DNA of 64,000 nt from an uncultured Pseudomonadota bacterium (GCA_963736005.1 CAVTNB010000001.1:896001-960000); one strand, 5' to 3'. Positions 9,865 to 20,413 are shown, counted from the first letter of the stretch. Notes: a model not told the origin generated them from the letters alone. Numbers and translations: made by a program.

Positions 9865-11208
9865 CTAGTTCCCCGCACCAGTCCTGTCGCTGTCCTCCTC
9901 GGCTACGGGTTCGTCCTCGCCGTCATCTGTTACGCGCTGCAACTCTTGCAACTTGCGGATGAGATCTTCGTCCTGCGCGAGCATTTCTGGGGTGAGCTCG
10001 ACGCCAGTCTGCTCGGCGGCAATTTCCGCCATGGCCGCAACTTGCTCGTCATCTTTTTCCTCTTCGACGCGCTGCTCGACGACCTGCGTCCATTGCTCTT
10101 CGCTATGGATGTCGATGCGCCAGCCGGTCAGCTTCGCGGCAAGTCGCACGTTTTGCCCTTCCTTGCCAATGGCCAGCGATAATTGGTGCTCGGGCACGAC
10201 GGCTTCTGCGAGGTGCTCGCGCTCGTTGAGATGGACCGAGACAACTTTTGCGGGCTGCAAGGCATTGGCGACGTAGGTTGCAGTATCTGCCGACCATTGG
10301 ATGACGTCTATTTTTTCGCCGTGGAGTTCCTCGCTGATGTTGTTCACGCGAGAACTACGCGGACCGAGGCACGCGCCCACGGCGTCAATATCCTCTTCAT
10401 TCGTCCAGACCGAAACTTTGGAGCGAGATCCGGCCTCGCGCGCGACATCTTTGATTTCGACCAGACCTTGATCGACTTCCGGAATTTCCTGCTCGAAGAG
10501 ACGACGCACGAGATTTGCGTGGCTGCGAGAGAGAATGACTTGCGGGCCCTTGTTTGTCTTGCGAACCTCCATGACGTAGACGCGAATGCGCGAGCCGATG
10601 CGAAATGATTCGCGCGGGACTTGCTCCGAGAGCGGCAAGATGGCTTCCGCCTTGTCGAGATCGATGAACATGTTTCGCTGCTCGTAGCGCTGCACCGTTC
10701 CGGTGATGAGGCGATCCAACTTCTCGTTGAATTCGTCGAACACCACGTCGCGCTCGGCCTCGCGGATGCGCTGCACGATGACTTGCTTGGCCGTCTGTGC
10801 AGCAATGCGCCCGAATTCTTTGGGCGTGACTTCGATGTCGTAGTTATCCCCGATCTTGTATTTGCCGCCTGCGTCGGCGACGCTAAGCTCGAGAACCGGA
10901 TCGGTCACTCCTTCGACGACTGCGCGCCGGGCAAAAACGCGATAGGATCCGTCGTTGCGATCGACGATGACAACTGGATTGCCGACGGCCTCGGCTTCGC
11001 GCACGAAGTTTCGCTTGTAGGCAGAAACGAGCGCAGCTTCGAGGGCCTCGAGCAATGTGTCGGCGGGCAAATTCCGGTCGCGCTCCAGTTCTTTGAGCGC
11101 TTCGATCAGTTCCGGATTGGGCTTTGCAGGTGCGACTGCAGAGGACCCATTGCCGCCAGCGGCTGATTTCTTCAATGTTTTTCGGGGCGCCATTATCGCT
11201 TCTTCCAT
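9865..11208 (-). CDS. nusA: Transcription termination/antitermination factor NusA
   Basis: [34 protein letters not shown]. Confidence 0.98.
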   Translation of the reverse strand: MEEAIMAPRKTLKKSAAGGNGSSAVAPAKPNPELIEALKELERDRNLPADTLLEALEAALVSAYKRNFVREAEAVGNPVVIVDRNDGSYRVFARRAVVEGVTDPVLELSVADAGGKYKIGDNYDIEVTPKEFGRIAAQTAKQVIVQRIREAERDVVFDEFNEKLDRLITGTVQRYEQRNMFIDLDKAEAILPLSEQVPRESFRIGSRIRVYVMEVRKTNKGPQVILSRSHANLVRRLFEQEIPEVDQGLVEIKDVAREAGSRSKVSVWTNEEDIDAVGACLGPRSSRVNNISEELHGEKIDVIQWSADTATYVANALQPAKVVSVHLNEREHLAEAVVPEHQLSLAIGKEGQNVRLAAKLTGWRIDIHSEEQWTQVVEQRVEEEKDDEQVAAMAEIAAEQTGVELTPEMLAQDEDLIRKLQELQRVTDDGEDEPVAEEDSDRTGAGN

Positions 11209-11221
11209 CCATTAAGACTGC

Positions 11222-11248
11222 AAAAGGAGTGGGCGACCCACTCCTTTT
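11222..11248 (-). terminator. Leader hairpin/attenuator upstream of nusA
   Basis: Perfect inverted repeat aaaaggagtggg-cga-cccactcctttt, ending in U4 on the minus strand. Confidence 0.75.
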
Positions 11249-11263
11249 CAGGATATCAGTGAC

Positions 11264-11292
11264 ATTTTACCAGATGGAGTTCCAACGTGCAA
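11264..11292 (-). promoter_or_regulatory. Sigma70-type promoter for nusA
   Basis: TTGCAC - 17 bp - TAAAAT with extended -10 TG on minus strand. Confidence 0.7.
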
Positions 11293-11383
11293 GGGGTTCG
11301 AGAAGCTTATTTGAGCTGGAATGTGAGCCCTAGAACAAGTGCTAGGGTACAGGCTCGGATTATGGTCATGTGCGGTATCTCCC

Positions 11384-11408
11384 CGCGCGAGTAAACTCGC
11401 GCGACTAC
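11384..11408 (-). repeat. REP class C after rimP stop
   Basis: cgcgcgagtaaactcgcgcgactac, compensatory G-C pair relative to other C copies. Confidence 0.88.
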
Positions 11409-11422
11409 ATGAGCATCCTTTG

Positions 11423-11923
11423 TCATGACGTTTTGCGTCTGAGGTCGTCGCGTGGGTCATACACGAGGTTGGCGCGCTTAATCGCCGCGTACGGAATGAG
11501 GGTTACTCCCGCATATTTGTCATTGATCGTGACCATGTCGTCGTCAGCTTGCTCGATCTCGCCTGTGAACTCCGTTCGATTCTTAATGCGTAGCGTCGTA
11601 ATCACATTGATCAGTCTACCTCGAAATCGGCGGTAGTGCTCCGGTCGGAGCAGTGGTCGGGCGAGCCCGGCGGAAGCGACTTCGAGCGAAAAAAGAGGAA
11701 CGGGCGGCGGAAGCTCTTCGATGCGACGTTCAATGTAGCGCGACACAGCTTCGCAGAGGTTCGAATCTACCCCGCTTTCGCGATCGATCATGATGCTCAC
11801 GTGGAAAGTGCGATGCTCTTTGTGGACGACGCATTTGAGGACCTCGACATCGTAGAATTGGGGCACGCTCGTTAAACGCCCACAAAGCTCCTCGATCCTT
11901 TGTTGCATGGATACATTGATCAT
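11423..11923 (-). CDS. rimP: Ribosome maturation factor RimP
   Basis: IDRESGV..NLCEAVSR, LEVASAGLARPL. Confidence 0.9.
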   Translation of the reverse strand: MINVSMQQRIEELCGRLTSVPQFYDVEVLKCVVHKEHRTFHVSIMIDRESGVDSNLCEAVSRYIERRIEELPPPVPLFSLEVASAGLARPLLRPEHYRRFRGRLINVITTLRIKNRTEFTGEIEQADDDMVTINDKYAGVTLIPYAAIKRANLVYDPRDDLRRKTS

Positions 11924-12699
11924 ACGAGTTGGTTAAGCGGTACGATCTGCACGCCCGCTCTCGTGAGTGCGGATCGAACTGCCGATGCCGTTTCGGTTGC
12001 GTTGGGACTATCGCCGTGAATGCACAGCGTTTGGGCGTCGATACGTACGGCTCGACCATTAACCGCCGTGACTTGCTTCTTCACGACGATCTCGACCGCT
12101 TGGGCAGCCGTCTGAGTTGGATCGTCGAGCACAGCTCCCGGGTGGGTTCGGCTCCGTAACGAGCCATCGGCTTCGTAGGCACGATCGCAAAAAGCCTCGG
12201 CAGCGGTTCGCAACCCCGCAGCCTTTGCGGCCGCAATGGAGTGCGAGCCTGCAAGTCCCACCAGAATGAGGTCGCGATCGTAGGCTGCTACCGAGCGCGC
12301 CACGGCCGCTGCGAGTGCTGGGTTCTTGGCGGCATCGTTGTAGAGCGCGCCGTGGGGCTTGACGTGCGCGATCTTGACACCGAGGGATCGCCCTATCGCC
12401 GACACTGCGCCGATTTGATAGGCAATCGCGCTTTCGAGCTCGTCAGGCGATATCTCCATCGAGCGCCGGCCAAATCCGGTCGTGTCTGGATACGAAGGGT
12501 GCGCTCCAACGGAAACGCTGTGTGCAGCGGCGGCTTTAATAGTGGCGGCAATGATGTTCGGATCGCCCGCGTGAAAACCACAGGCGACGTTTCCCGAGGT
12601 AACGTAACGGAAGATCGGTTCGTCGTCGCCGACGCGTCGGGCGCCAAACGCTTCGCCGACATCGGCGTTGAGGTCAACCCGCAGGGTTTGGTTCATCAA
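11920..12699 (-). CDS. pxpA: 5-oxoprolinase subunit A (LamB/YcsF)
   Basis: DLNADVGE, NVACGFHAGDP, HVKPHGALYN, CIHGD. Confidence 0.95.
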   Translation of the reverse strand: MMNQTLRVDLNADVGEAFGARRVGDDEPIFRYVTSGNVACGFHAGDPNIIAATIKAAAAHSVSVGAHPSYPDTTGFGRRSMEISPDELESAIAYQIGAVSAIGRSLGVKIAHVKPHGALYNDAAKNPALAAAVARSVAAYDRDLILVGLAGSHSIAAAKAAGLRTAAEAFCDRAYEADGSLRSRTHPGAVLDDPTQTAAQAVEIVVKKQVTAVNGRAVRIDAQTLCIHGDSPNATETASAVRSALTRAGVQIVPLNQLV

Positions 12700-13639
12700 G
12701 GCTTTCGGTAAGAGCTTGCATCTTTTCGGCGAGTGCGACAGCAGCCTCTGGTTGGGTGACCATTCGAAACCGGAGCTGATCTCCAGGGCGAAGTTGTGCC
12801 GCGTCAGGGATGTCCGCCGAAATTACGGTGAGCGGCACCGCATAGCCTCCGGTCGTTTGGTGCTCCGCAAGCAAGACAATCGGCTGACCGTCGCTCGAGA
12901 GCTGGACGCAGCCCGAGCAAACCCCAACAGAGATTGCGTCGTAGCCCGCTACGCTGGCGAGCGCTTGGCCTTCAAGACGAACGCCTTGGCGGCTGCTGCG
13001 CGGCGATACGCGATAGGTTTGTTTTTGGAGAAAGGCGAGATCCTCAGACGTAAATCGCTTCGCGTGAAGACCAGGCAGAACGCGTAGGGTTGCCGGCTGC
13101 GCCCAGAATGGACGAGCCGACGGCGCGATCGCAAAGTCTTGTTCTGGTAATTCGCCCTCGGCTGCGATGGAGAGAAGGTCACCGCGCGCAAGCGAACGAC
13201 CGGAGAGACCGCCGAAGGCTGCCGTGATATCGGTGCTCCTACTTCCCAACACCAGTGGCACGTCAATGCCGCCAAAGAAAGCAATGTACGCTCGTAGGCC
13301 GCGCTCGGCTGCACCGAGCCGTACCTCGGCTCCTTCGCGGACGCGAAATGATTGCCACTGCGGCCGCGGACCGCCGCTGGCGACGAGCAGCGCCCGCGCT
13401 CCAGTCACCGCGATGCGCATGGGACGCAGCGCCTTAAAGGCGAATCCGGTCATGGTTGTCTCGATGAGCGCCGCCGTATATGGATTGCCGACGACACGAT
13501 TAGCCGCTCGTGCGCTCAGCCAGTCCGCAGCCCCTGATGGTGAGACGCCCATCTGCGCAACATGACGGCGACCAGCATCTTGGATGGTCGTTTGCAAACC
13601 GGGTTCGAGCACTTCAAGCATGGGTGCTTTGTCGCTCAC
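12674..13639 (-). CDS. pxpC: 5-oxoprolinase subunit C (KipA-like)
   Basis: PGLQTTIQDAGR, LGSRST, QTTGGY. Confidence 0.92.
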   Translation of the reverse strand: MSDKAPMLEVLEPGLQTTIQDAGRRHVAQMGVSPSGAADWLSARAANRVVGNPYTAALIETTMTGFAFKALRPMRIAVTGARALLVASGGPRPQWQSFRVREGAEVRLGAAERGLRAYIAFFGGIDVPLVLGSRSTDITAAFGGLSGRSLARGDLLSIAAEGELPEQDFAIAPSARPFWAQPATLRVLPGLHAKRFTSEDLAFLQKQTYRVSPRSSRQGVRLEGQALASVAGYDAISVGVCSGCVQLSSDGQPIVLLAEHQTTGGYAVPLTVISADIPDAAQLRPGDQLRFRMVTQPEAAVALAEKMQALTESLDEPNPAG

Positions 13640-14325
13640 GATGCGATGGTCGCAATCGTCGCGTCAAGGGAGTCGACGGCATGAAAACGCACGCAATCGC
13701 CCGGGGCAAAGAGAGCAGCGGGCTCGCGCGTAGGATCGAAGATGTTCGCTTGCGTCTTCCCCATGATGCGCCAGCCGCCGGGCGAGGAGCGGGGATAAAT
13801 CCCGCACTGCCCGGCCGCGATTGCCACGCTTCCCGCGGGAACCCGTACGCGCGGTGTTGGCAGGCGCGGAAGATCGAGTAGTTTGGGTAGGCCAAGCAAA
13901 TACGGAAAGCCGGCAGTAAAACCTAAGAAAGCGACGCGATAGGTTGGGCGGCAGAATTCGCTCACGACTTCGTCTGGACTCAGACCGACGTGTCGGGCGA
14001 TGTCACTGAGGTCCAAGGCATGCTCGGCGCCGAAACAAACGCTCACGTCAATGCTCCTCGATTCGCTTACCGTCAGGTTCTGCGGTTGCTCCATGGCGCC
14101 GCGCACGCAGGCCATGATCGTGGCGAGCCGCGCGACGCTTGGGTCGAAACGAACGAGTACTGACGCGAAGGCAGGAACGATATCGAGGACGCTTGCGCCC
14201 AGCTGATTTCGCAACGTAGCGCACAGTGACCAGACGTAGCTGATGGTCGCTTCGTCAATCGAATCGCCCAGGACAGCGAGAACGGCGGCGTCCCCAACCG
14301 GCAATACGTCGCCCGCGAGCTTCAT
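13636..14325 (-). CDS. pxpB: 5-oxoprolinase subunit B (KipI-like)
   Basis: GFTAGFPYL, PRVRVPAGSVAIA, SPGGWRIMG; start chosen at MKLAG. Confidence 0.92.
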   Translation of the reverse strand: MKLAGDVLPVGDAAVLAVLGDSIDEATISYVWSLCATLRNQLGASVLDIVPAFASVLVRFDPSVARLATIMACVRGAMEQPQNLTVSESRSIDVSVCFGAEHALDLSDIARHVGLSPDEVVSEFCRPTYRVAFLGFTAGFPYLLGLPKLLDLPRLPTPRVRVPAGSVAIAAGQCGIYPRSSPGGWRIMGKTQANIFDPTREPAALFAPGDCVRFHAVDSLDATIATIAS

Positions 14326-14384
14326 AACCGCTGTCGTCCGAGCCTGGGTGGGTATGTTCCTCTCGGCAATTGAACTCGAAGAAG

Positions 14385-16178
14385 ATGAGCGATTTACATT
14401 TCTCACCACGGCCCAACCGCGCGGCCGAAATCAACTGGCAGCCATGGGGCGAGACCGCGTTCGAGAGCGCGAAGGCGCAGGGCAAGCCCGTCTTGCTGGC
14501 CATTTCTGCCGTGTGGTGCCATTGGTGCCACGTCATGGATGAGACGAGCTACTCGGATGGAGCGGTCATCCAGACGATCAACGAGCGATTCATCCCGGTG
14601 CGCGTCGACAACGACCAGCGTCCCGACGTGAATGCTCGGTACAACATGGGTGGCTGGCCAACCACTGCGCTCCTCACGCCGGACGGCGAAGTGCTGTATG
14701 GCGGCACGTATATTCCCCCCGATGCAATGCGCCAAGTGCTCGCGCACGTGGACCGCTTTTATACGGATCCCAGCAATCGTTTGACCGTTGCCCAAAAGGT
14801 GAGCGAGATGAAGGCTGCTCGAGCGGGCCGTGCGCGCGCGCCTGAGGGCGGAGAGCTCGATCCGCAAACGGCGGCGAAGGTTCTGGCGCTGCTCTCCTCA
14901 GCCTTCGATGAGGAATACGGCGGATTCGGCACCGATCAGAAATTTCCGCACGTCCCGGCACTGCAGTTCCTTCTCGATTTTTACGCGCGAGAGCACAACG
15001 AGCGCGCCAAGACGATCGTCGAGCGAACTCTTCACGCGATGGCCGGCGGCGGCATGTACGATCATGTCGAGGGCGGCTTCTTCCGGTACTCAACCACGCC
15101 CGACTTTTCCGTGCCGCACTTCGAAAAAATGCTCGAAGACCTTGGGGGCTTGCTGCTCGTGTGCGCGCGGGCGAGCACGCTCTTCGAAGATGCCTCGCTT
15201 GGAGCAGTCGCTATAGACGTCAAACGTTACATGGATGCGCGTCTTTGGAACGATGAGGCCGGGGGTTATGGCGGTTCGCAGGACGCCGATGAAAAGTACT
15301 TCGAGTTAGATGCGCAGGGCCGCGCAGCGCTTCCCGCGCCATATGTGGACAAGACGTTGTATGCATCTTGGAATGCGCAGGCTGCGCGATCGCTGATCTT
15401 GGGTGCGCCGCTGGCGCAGTTCGCAGGAGCGGACGTCAATGAGTGGACGCAGCGGGGCCTTGCGATCCTCGAGACGCTGTGGAATCGCCTGCTCGATCGC
15501 GGCTTGATGTGCCGTTATTTTGACGGCAGCGGCGCTCACATTCGGGGGCTGCTCGTCGACCAAGTTTGGTGCGCTTGGGCGGCGCTCGCGGCATTTTCCG
15601 CAACCGGTGAGGTGCGCTGGCTGGATCGCGCCGGCGATTTGATCGGGCACTCCGATGCTCTCTACGACGCAGATGCGCACGTCTATCTCGATCGCTTGAA
15701 GGGCCCCGATGACGCCGGGCGACTGGCCGAGCAAACAGTATCCGTCGAAGAAAACGCACTGATGGCCCGCGCACTACTCGATTTTGCATCCTTGAGCGGC
15801 AAGTCTGTCTATGCAGAACGAGGCCAGGCAATATTGCGCCATTACGCCAGAGACTATCAGGCGCAGAATATTTTTGCGGCCGGATATGCGAGCGCGGTGC
15901 TCGACGCCCTCGAGCCTCCGATTGATGTAAACATCGTTGGCTCAGTGCGGGATCCCGTGGCCGTTGCGTTGCGTGACGCGGCGTTGAGAATTGCGTCACC
16001 CCCATTGCGCCCAAATCCCATCGACCCGGGTGCGGAACCGCAGCGCGCATCTTCTCTCGGTTACGACGCCGCAGGCATCACTGGCTACTTGTGCCGGGGA
16101 AAGATGTGCTTCGCGCGCGTTACTTCACCAGACGAATTAAAAGCCGCCCTGACATCAAATCCGGTCTCGTCCACCTAG
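14385..16178 (+). CDS. DUF255 thioredoxin-domain protein (YyaL/SSP411 family)
   Basis: WCHWCHVM, GGWPT, GGFFRYS, PHFEKML. Confidence 0.93.
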   Translation: MSDLHFSPRPNRAAEINWQPWGETAFESAKAQGKPVLLAISAVWCHWCHVMDETSYSDGAVIQTINERFIPVRVDNDQRPDVNARYNMGGWPTTALLTPDGEVLYGGTYIPPDAMRQVLAHVDRFYTDPSNRLTVAQKVSEMKAARAGRARAPEGGELDPQTAAKVLALLSSAFDEEYGGFGTDQKFPHVPALQFLLDFYAREHNERAKTIVERTLHAMAGGGMYDHVEGGFFRYSTTPDFSVPHFEKMLEDLGGLLLVCARASTLFEDASLGAVAIDVKRYMDARLWNDEAGGYGGSQDADEKYFELDAQGRAALPAPYVDKTLYASWNAQAARSLILGAPLAQFAGADVNEWTQRGLAILETLWNRLLDRGLMCRYFDGSGAHIRGLLVDQVWCAWAALAAFSATGEVRWLDRAGDLIGHSDALYDADAHVYLDRLKGPDDAGRLAEQTVSVEENALMARALLDFASLSGKSVYAERGQAILRHYARDYQAQNIFAAGYASAVLDALEPPIDVNIVGSVRDPVAVALRDAALRIASPPLRPNPIDPGAEPQRASSLGYDAAGITGYLCRGKMCFARVTSPDELKAALTSNPVSST

Positions 16179-16233
16179 GGGCGACTATCAAATCGCCCCA
16201 AGGTTCGGTAGGGGGCGATTGGAAAATCTCCCC
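16178..16233 (+). repeat. Two REPs at the 3' flank of RAYT (A/B hybrid and A)
   Basis: gggcgactatcaaatcgccc 16179-16198; gtagggggcgattggaaaatctcccc 16208-16233. Confidence 0.88.
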
Positions 16234-16694
16234 TAAAACCACCGATCGAGAACGCCGCTATACGGATATGCGGTGATACCATCCGAGATGTTGGCGCGTA
16301 CCGGATTCGCTAGAATGTATCTCACAAAGTCTTCTACCTTTTCATATTCGCGAACAATGTGGTCGTGAAATCCGGGCTGCCAGTGCCATCGAATTTGTGA
16401 AATTTTCCAGGCTTGCTCCCGGATTCGCCGTTTTAGCTTTGCGACGATCGCTGACAGGCTGTGCTTCGCTCCGCGTAGTCTGATGAGCAGGTGCAAATGA
16501 TCCGGCATCAAGCAATAGCAATTGAGCCAGTACCAGCCCTGCTCCCGATAGGAAAAAATGACATGTCTTACAGACTCACATACCGCCGCATCAGTGAATG
16601 CTTTCCTGCGCTCGGCTACGCAGAGCGTAACGAAGTACGTGCGTTCAGCAGAATAATCAAAATCTTTCAAGCGCCGGATGACGCCGCCAGTCAT
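16233..16694 (-). mobile_element. REP-associated tyrosine transposase (RAYT/TnpA-REP, Y1 HUH family)
   Basis: RRL.DFDYS, YFVTLC, MPDHLH (HUH), WQPGFHDHIVR, YILANP (catalytic Tyr); GTAG hairpins on both sides. Confidence 0.93.
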
Positions 16695-16737
16695 GTTGGT
16701 TAAATCACTTGGGATACCGCCACCGACAAGGTATGAA

Positions 16738-16800
16738 GGGGCGATTTGCCAATCGCCCCCTACATAGATCTAGGGGCGATTTGCCAATCGCCCCCTACAT
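16738..16800 (-). repeat. Tandem pair of class A REPs at the 5' flank of RAYT
   Basis: ggggcgatttgccaatcgccccctacat identical at 16738-16765 and 16773-16800. Confidence 0.93.
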
Positions 16801-16817
16801 GATGCCATGGGGGGTTT

Positions 16818-18395
16818 GTGGCCAAGTACGACGCGATCGTTATCGGCGGCGGACATAACGGATTAGTCACCGCGTGCTATCTAGCACGCGCCAATTGGAA
16901 GGTGCTGGTATTAGAGCGGCGCTACATCGTGGGCGGAGCGTGCGTGAGCGAGGAAACCTTCCCAGGTTTCAAAGTCTCTACCGCTGCCTACGTCAATAGC
17001 CTTTTCCGTCCGGAAATCATCCGCGACCTTCGCCTCAAAGATTACGGTTTTGAGCTCTTAGAACGCAGCCCCTCATCATTCTCCCCATTCCCCGACGGCC
17101 GGTATTTGTTGCTGGGGCCGGACCACGACCTCACGCTCCGCGAGATTGCAAAGTTTAGCACCAAAGACGCGGAGAACTATCCAAAATACGAGGCGATGCT
17201 CGAGCGAGTCGCGTCCGTCATCGAGCCGACGCTCGTGCAAACTCCCCCGAATATCGCCAAACCGGGAGTTGGCGATCTGCTCAAGATGGCGCCGCTCGGT
17301 CGCGCGATGCAGAAACTCGGACCGCAAATGAGCGAAGCCATCGAAGTGCTCACCGGACCTGCGCGGCCAATCCTCGACCGCTGGTTCGAATCCGAGGAGC
17401 TCAAAGGGACGCTTGCCACCGACGCGATCATCGGCGCATTTGCTTCCCCCTCAATGCCCGGGACCGCGTACGTCTTGTTCCATCATGTTATGGGGGAAAC
17501 AAATGGCAAGCGGGGGGTGTGGGCTTACGTGAAGGGTGGCATGGGCGGGCTGACTCAGGCTCTCGCCAAAGCGGCTCAAGATCTCGGCGTCGAGATACAG
17601 ACGAATGCAGACGTGCGCAAAATCAACGTGCGTAATGGCCGGGTGACCGGAGTAACGCTTGCAAGCGGAGATGAGTTTGCCGCGGCGCGCGTCGCGAGCG
17701 GCGTCGATTGCAACGTGACGTTCAACCACCTGCTCGACGAGCAGGCGGTTCCACCGGGGTTCCTCGCAGCGATTCGGCGCATCGACTACAGCAGCGCTTC
17801 GATGAAGATCAACGTGGCGCTCTCCGCGCTCCCGAATTTCACGGCGTGCCCGGGCAGCGAACCGGGGCCGCAGCACCATGGTACCGTTCATCTGGTTCCT
17901 GACCAGGACTTCATCGAGCGTGGCTACGATGATGCAAAATATGGCCGCCCATCGCGAGACCCGATTGTGGAAATGTGCCTTCCGTCCGCCGTCGATCCAA
18001 GCGTCGCGCCACCTGGCAAACACCTGGCCTCGATGTTCGTGCAGTACGCACCCTACAAACTCGCGGACGGGACTTGGGAACAGCACAAGGACGCCTTCGC
18101 AGATCGATGCTTTGAGATCGTCGAGCAGTACGCGCCTGGTTTTCGTGCCTCAGTCATCGATCGGCAGGTACTGAGTCCGGTTGATCTGGAGCGCACCTTC
18201 AATCTAACTGGCGGCAATATTTTTCAGGGCTCGATGGCGTTGCACCAATTGTTCATGTTTCGTCCCGTGCCAGGTTATGCGGGGTACCGCACGCCGCTTC
18301 GAGGGTTGTACCTGTGCGGTGCCGCCGCGCACCCGGGCGGTGGCGTGATGGGCGCTTCGGGTTGGAACGCTGCGCGAGAGATGCTGAAGCGCTAA
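16818..18395 (+). CDS. Phytoene desaturase-like FAD oxidoreductase (PYROXD2-like)
   Basis: IGGGHNGL Rossmann motif, GGMGGL, YLCGAAAHPGGGV. Confidence 0.88.
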   Translation: MAKYDAIVIGGGHNGLVTACYLARANWKVLVLERRYIVGGACVSEETFPGFKVSTAAYVNSLFRPEIIRDLRLKDYGFELLERSPSSFSPFPDGRYLLLGPDHDLTLREIAKFSTKDAENYPKYEAMLERVASVIEPTLVQTPPNIAKPGVGDLLKMAPLGRAMQKLGPQMSEAIEVLTGPARPILDRWFESEELKGTLATDAIIGAFASPSMPGTAYVLFHHVMGETNGKRGVWAYVKGGMGGLTQALAKAAQDLGVEIQTNADVRKINVRNGRVTGVTLASGDEFAAARVASGVDCNVTFNHLLDEQAVPPGFLAAIRRIDYSSASMKINVALSALPNFTACPGSEPGPQHHGTVHLVPDQDFIERGYDDAKYGRPSRDPIVEMCLPSAVDPSVAPPGKHLASMFVQYAPYKLADGTWEQHKDAFADRCFEIVEQYAPGFRASVIDRQVLSPVDLERTFNLTGGNIFQGSMALHQLFMFRPVPGYAGYRTPLRGLYLCGAAAHPGGGVMGASGWNAAREMLKR

Positions 18396-18404
18396 AGTCG
18401 TGCG

Positions 18405-19256
18405 TTGAAAAAGCTGATCGTCACGGGAGACGACTTCGGCGCCGCCACCTCAGTGAATGAGGCAATAGAGCTTGCCCACCGCTCCGGCATCCTGACTACG
18501 ACCTGCCTCATGATGGGCGGAGCGGTCGTCGACGATGCGGTGTTTCGAGCCAAGCGTATGCCGGCGCTGAAAGTGGGCTTGCATGTCGCGGTGGTCGATG
18601 CACGACCCGTGCTCGATCCACGCTCGATTCCACTCTTGGTCAACGAACGTGGAGAGTTTTCAAGAAGGCTCGTCCGAAGCGGCTTATCCTTCTTCTTCAA
18701 CCCAGAAGTACGGCGCCAACTCGCGGCGGAGATTCGCGCGCAGTTCGAGGCATTTCGCGCAACCGGCCTCACCCTGGATCACGTCAATGGCCATAACCAC
18801 ATGCACATCCATCCGACCGTGCTCGATCTCATCATTGACATTGGGCGCGATTTTGGCGTTAGGGCTGTACGGCTTCCGTACGAACCATTTCTGCCCACCT
18901 GGCAAGCAACGCACACAGATCTCGTCGGGAGATTTGGAACTGGTGTCTTGCTCTTGCCGATGCTCGGCTTGATGCGACATCGACTGCGGCGCGCGAAGCT
19001 CGCTTTCAATGACTATCTCTTTGGGATCAGCGACACCGGCGGCATGACGAGCGAGCGAGTGTTGCAGCTGATTTCACATCTGCCTGACGGCGTGAGCGAG
19101 ATGCATTTTCATCCCGCCACAGGACACTGGCCCGGTATGCAGGCGCAGGCGCGCTGCCAAGAGGAGCTTGCCGCTCTCACAAATGTTGACGTCGCTTTGG
19201 CCATCAAGCATCGAGGTATTAAGATGACGACCTTCGGAGAGCTTGGGGCGGCGTGA
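18405..19256 (+). CDS. hpnK: Hopanoid biosynthesis-associated YdjC-like deacetylase
   Basis: TGDDFG, VGLH, DHVNGHNHMHIHP, HP; adjacent to hpnI. Confidence 0.88.
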   Translation: MKKLIVTGDDFGAATSVNEAIELAHRSGILTTTCLMMGGAVVDDAVFRAKRMPALKVGLHVAVVDARPVLDPRSIPLLVNERGEFSRRLVRSGLSFFFNPEVRRQLAAEIRAQFEAFRATGLTLDHVNGHNHMHIHPTVLDLIIDIGRDFGVRAVRLPYEPFLPTWQATHTDLVGRFGTGVLLLPMLGLMRHRLRRAKLAFNDYLFGISDTGGMTSERVLQLISHLPDGVSEMHFHPATGHWPGMQAQARCQEELAALTNVDVALAIKHRGIKMTTFGELGAA

Positions 19257-20413
19257 TGGCCGCCCTCGACGCGCCATTGCTGCCCATTCTGAGAAGTCTC
19301 TGTCTGGCAGCGAGCCTCGCCGGCATTGCATACCTGGGCTTTGCAACGCTGCGTCTTTTGGCTTTTGCTCGCAAAGAAAAGCAGCCGAAGGGCGCTTTTT
19401 CGCCGGGCGTTACGGTTCTCAAACCGTTGTACGGTGCTGAACCGCAGCTGTTTGAGAATCTCAGCTCGTTTTGCGATCAAGACTACGAGCGATTTCAGGT
19501 GATTTTCGGGGTTCGCGACGCGGACGACCCCGCGGTTGCCACCGTCAAAGAGGTCATCGAGCGATTCCCTAACCGAGATCTCTTCCTGTGCGTCGACCCG
19601 CGCGCTCGAGGCGTCAATCTGAAGATTGCCAACGTCATCAACATGATGGAGCATACCAAACATGATGTTGTTTTCGTCGCCGACAGCGACACTCGCGTCG
19701 ATCGGGAATATCTTCGTTCGATGGTTGCTCCCTTTGCGAACCCGGCCGTTGGGGCGGTCACCTGCCTTTATCGCGGGGTGCCGGTTGCGGGCTCCGTGGC
19801 GGCATTGGGTGCACTCTTCATCAACGATCAATTCGTTCCAGCCGTGCTCGTTGCCATCGCCCTTTCGCCCATGGACTTCTGTTTGGGCGCTACCATGGCA
19901 GTGGCGCGCAGCGCGCTTGATAAGATCGGCGGCTTCGAATCGCTTGCATCGTTTCTTGCGGACGATCGCATGCTCGGCCGGAAAGTACGGGAGCATGGAT
20001 TCGATGTCGTCTTGAACTCTTACGTCGTGGAACACGACGTCGTCGAGCGCAACCTCGCGAGCCTGTGGGCTCACGAGCTGCGCTGGGCCCGCACGATGTT
20101 CTCCGCTCGCCCGGCCGGTTACGCATTTTCTTTCATTATGTACGCTGTGCCGATGTCGCTTCTCTATTGGGCCGTCTCCCGTGACCTTATTGGCGGCGCC
20201 CTGCTAACGGGCGTGGCCCTCGGACTTCGCTTTGGGCTTCATTACGCCGCGCGGCGAGCATTGCGGATTAGGTCAGCGGATAGCCCATGGTTGATTCCGT
20301 TGCGCGACCTGCTTGGACTCTGCGTCTGGGTGGCAACATTTTTCGGACGAGGTGTGCGCTGGAGAGACCAGGATTTTATGATCGATTCGGCCGGCCGAAT
20401 GGAGAGGCGTTGA
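19253..20413 (+). CDS. hpnI: Hopanoid glycosyltransferase (GT2/GT21-like)
   Basis: VLKPLYG, NLKIAN, ADSD, LADD, HELRWAR. Confidence 0.9.
   Translation: MMAALDAPLLPILRSLCLAASLAGIAYLGFATLRLLAFARKEKQPKGAFSPGVTVLKPLYGAEPQLFENLSSFCDQDYERFQVIFGVRDADDPAVATVKEVIERFPNRDLFLCVDPRARGVNLKIANVINMMEHTKHDVVFVADSDTRVDREYLRSMVAPFANPAVGAVTCLYRGVPVAGSVAALGALFINDQFVPAVLVAIALSPMDFCLGATMAVARSALDKIGGFESLASFLADDRMLGRKVREHGFDVVLNSYVVEHDVVERNLASLWAHELRWARTMFSARPAGYAFSFIMYAVPMSLLYWAVSRDLIGGALLTGVALGLRFGLHYAARRALRIRSADSPWLIPLRDLLGLCVWVATFFGRGVRWRDQDFMIDSAGRMERR

Noticed and set aside
9534..9878. 114-aa ORF containing GDWK repeats
   Set aside because: Alternative frame over ylxR that runs into the REP cluster
16233..16694. 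IS200/IS605 insertion sequence
   Set aside because: No tnpB; RAYT-type motifs; the flanking GTAG hairpins are dispersed across the window without the gene
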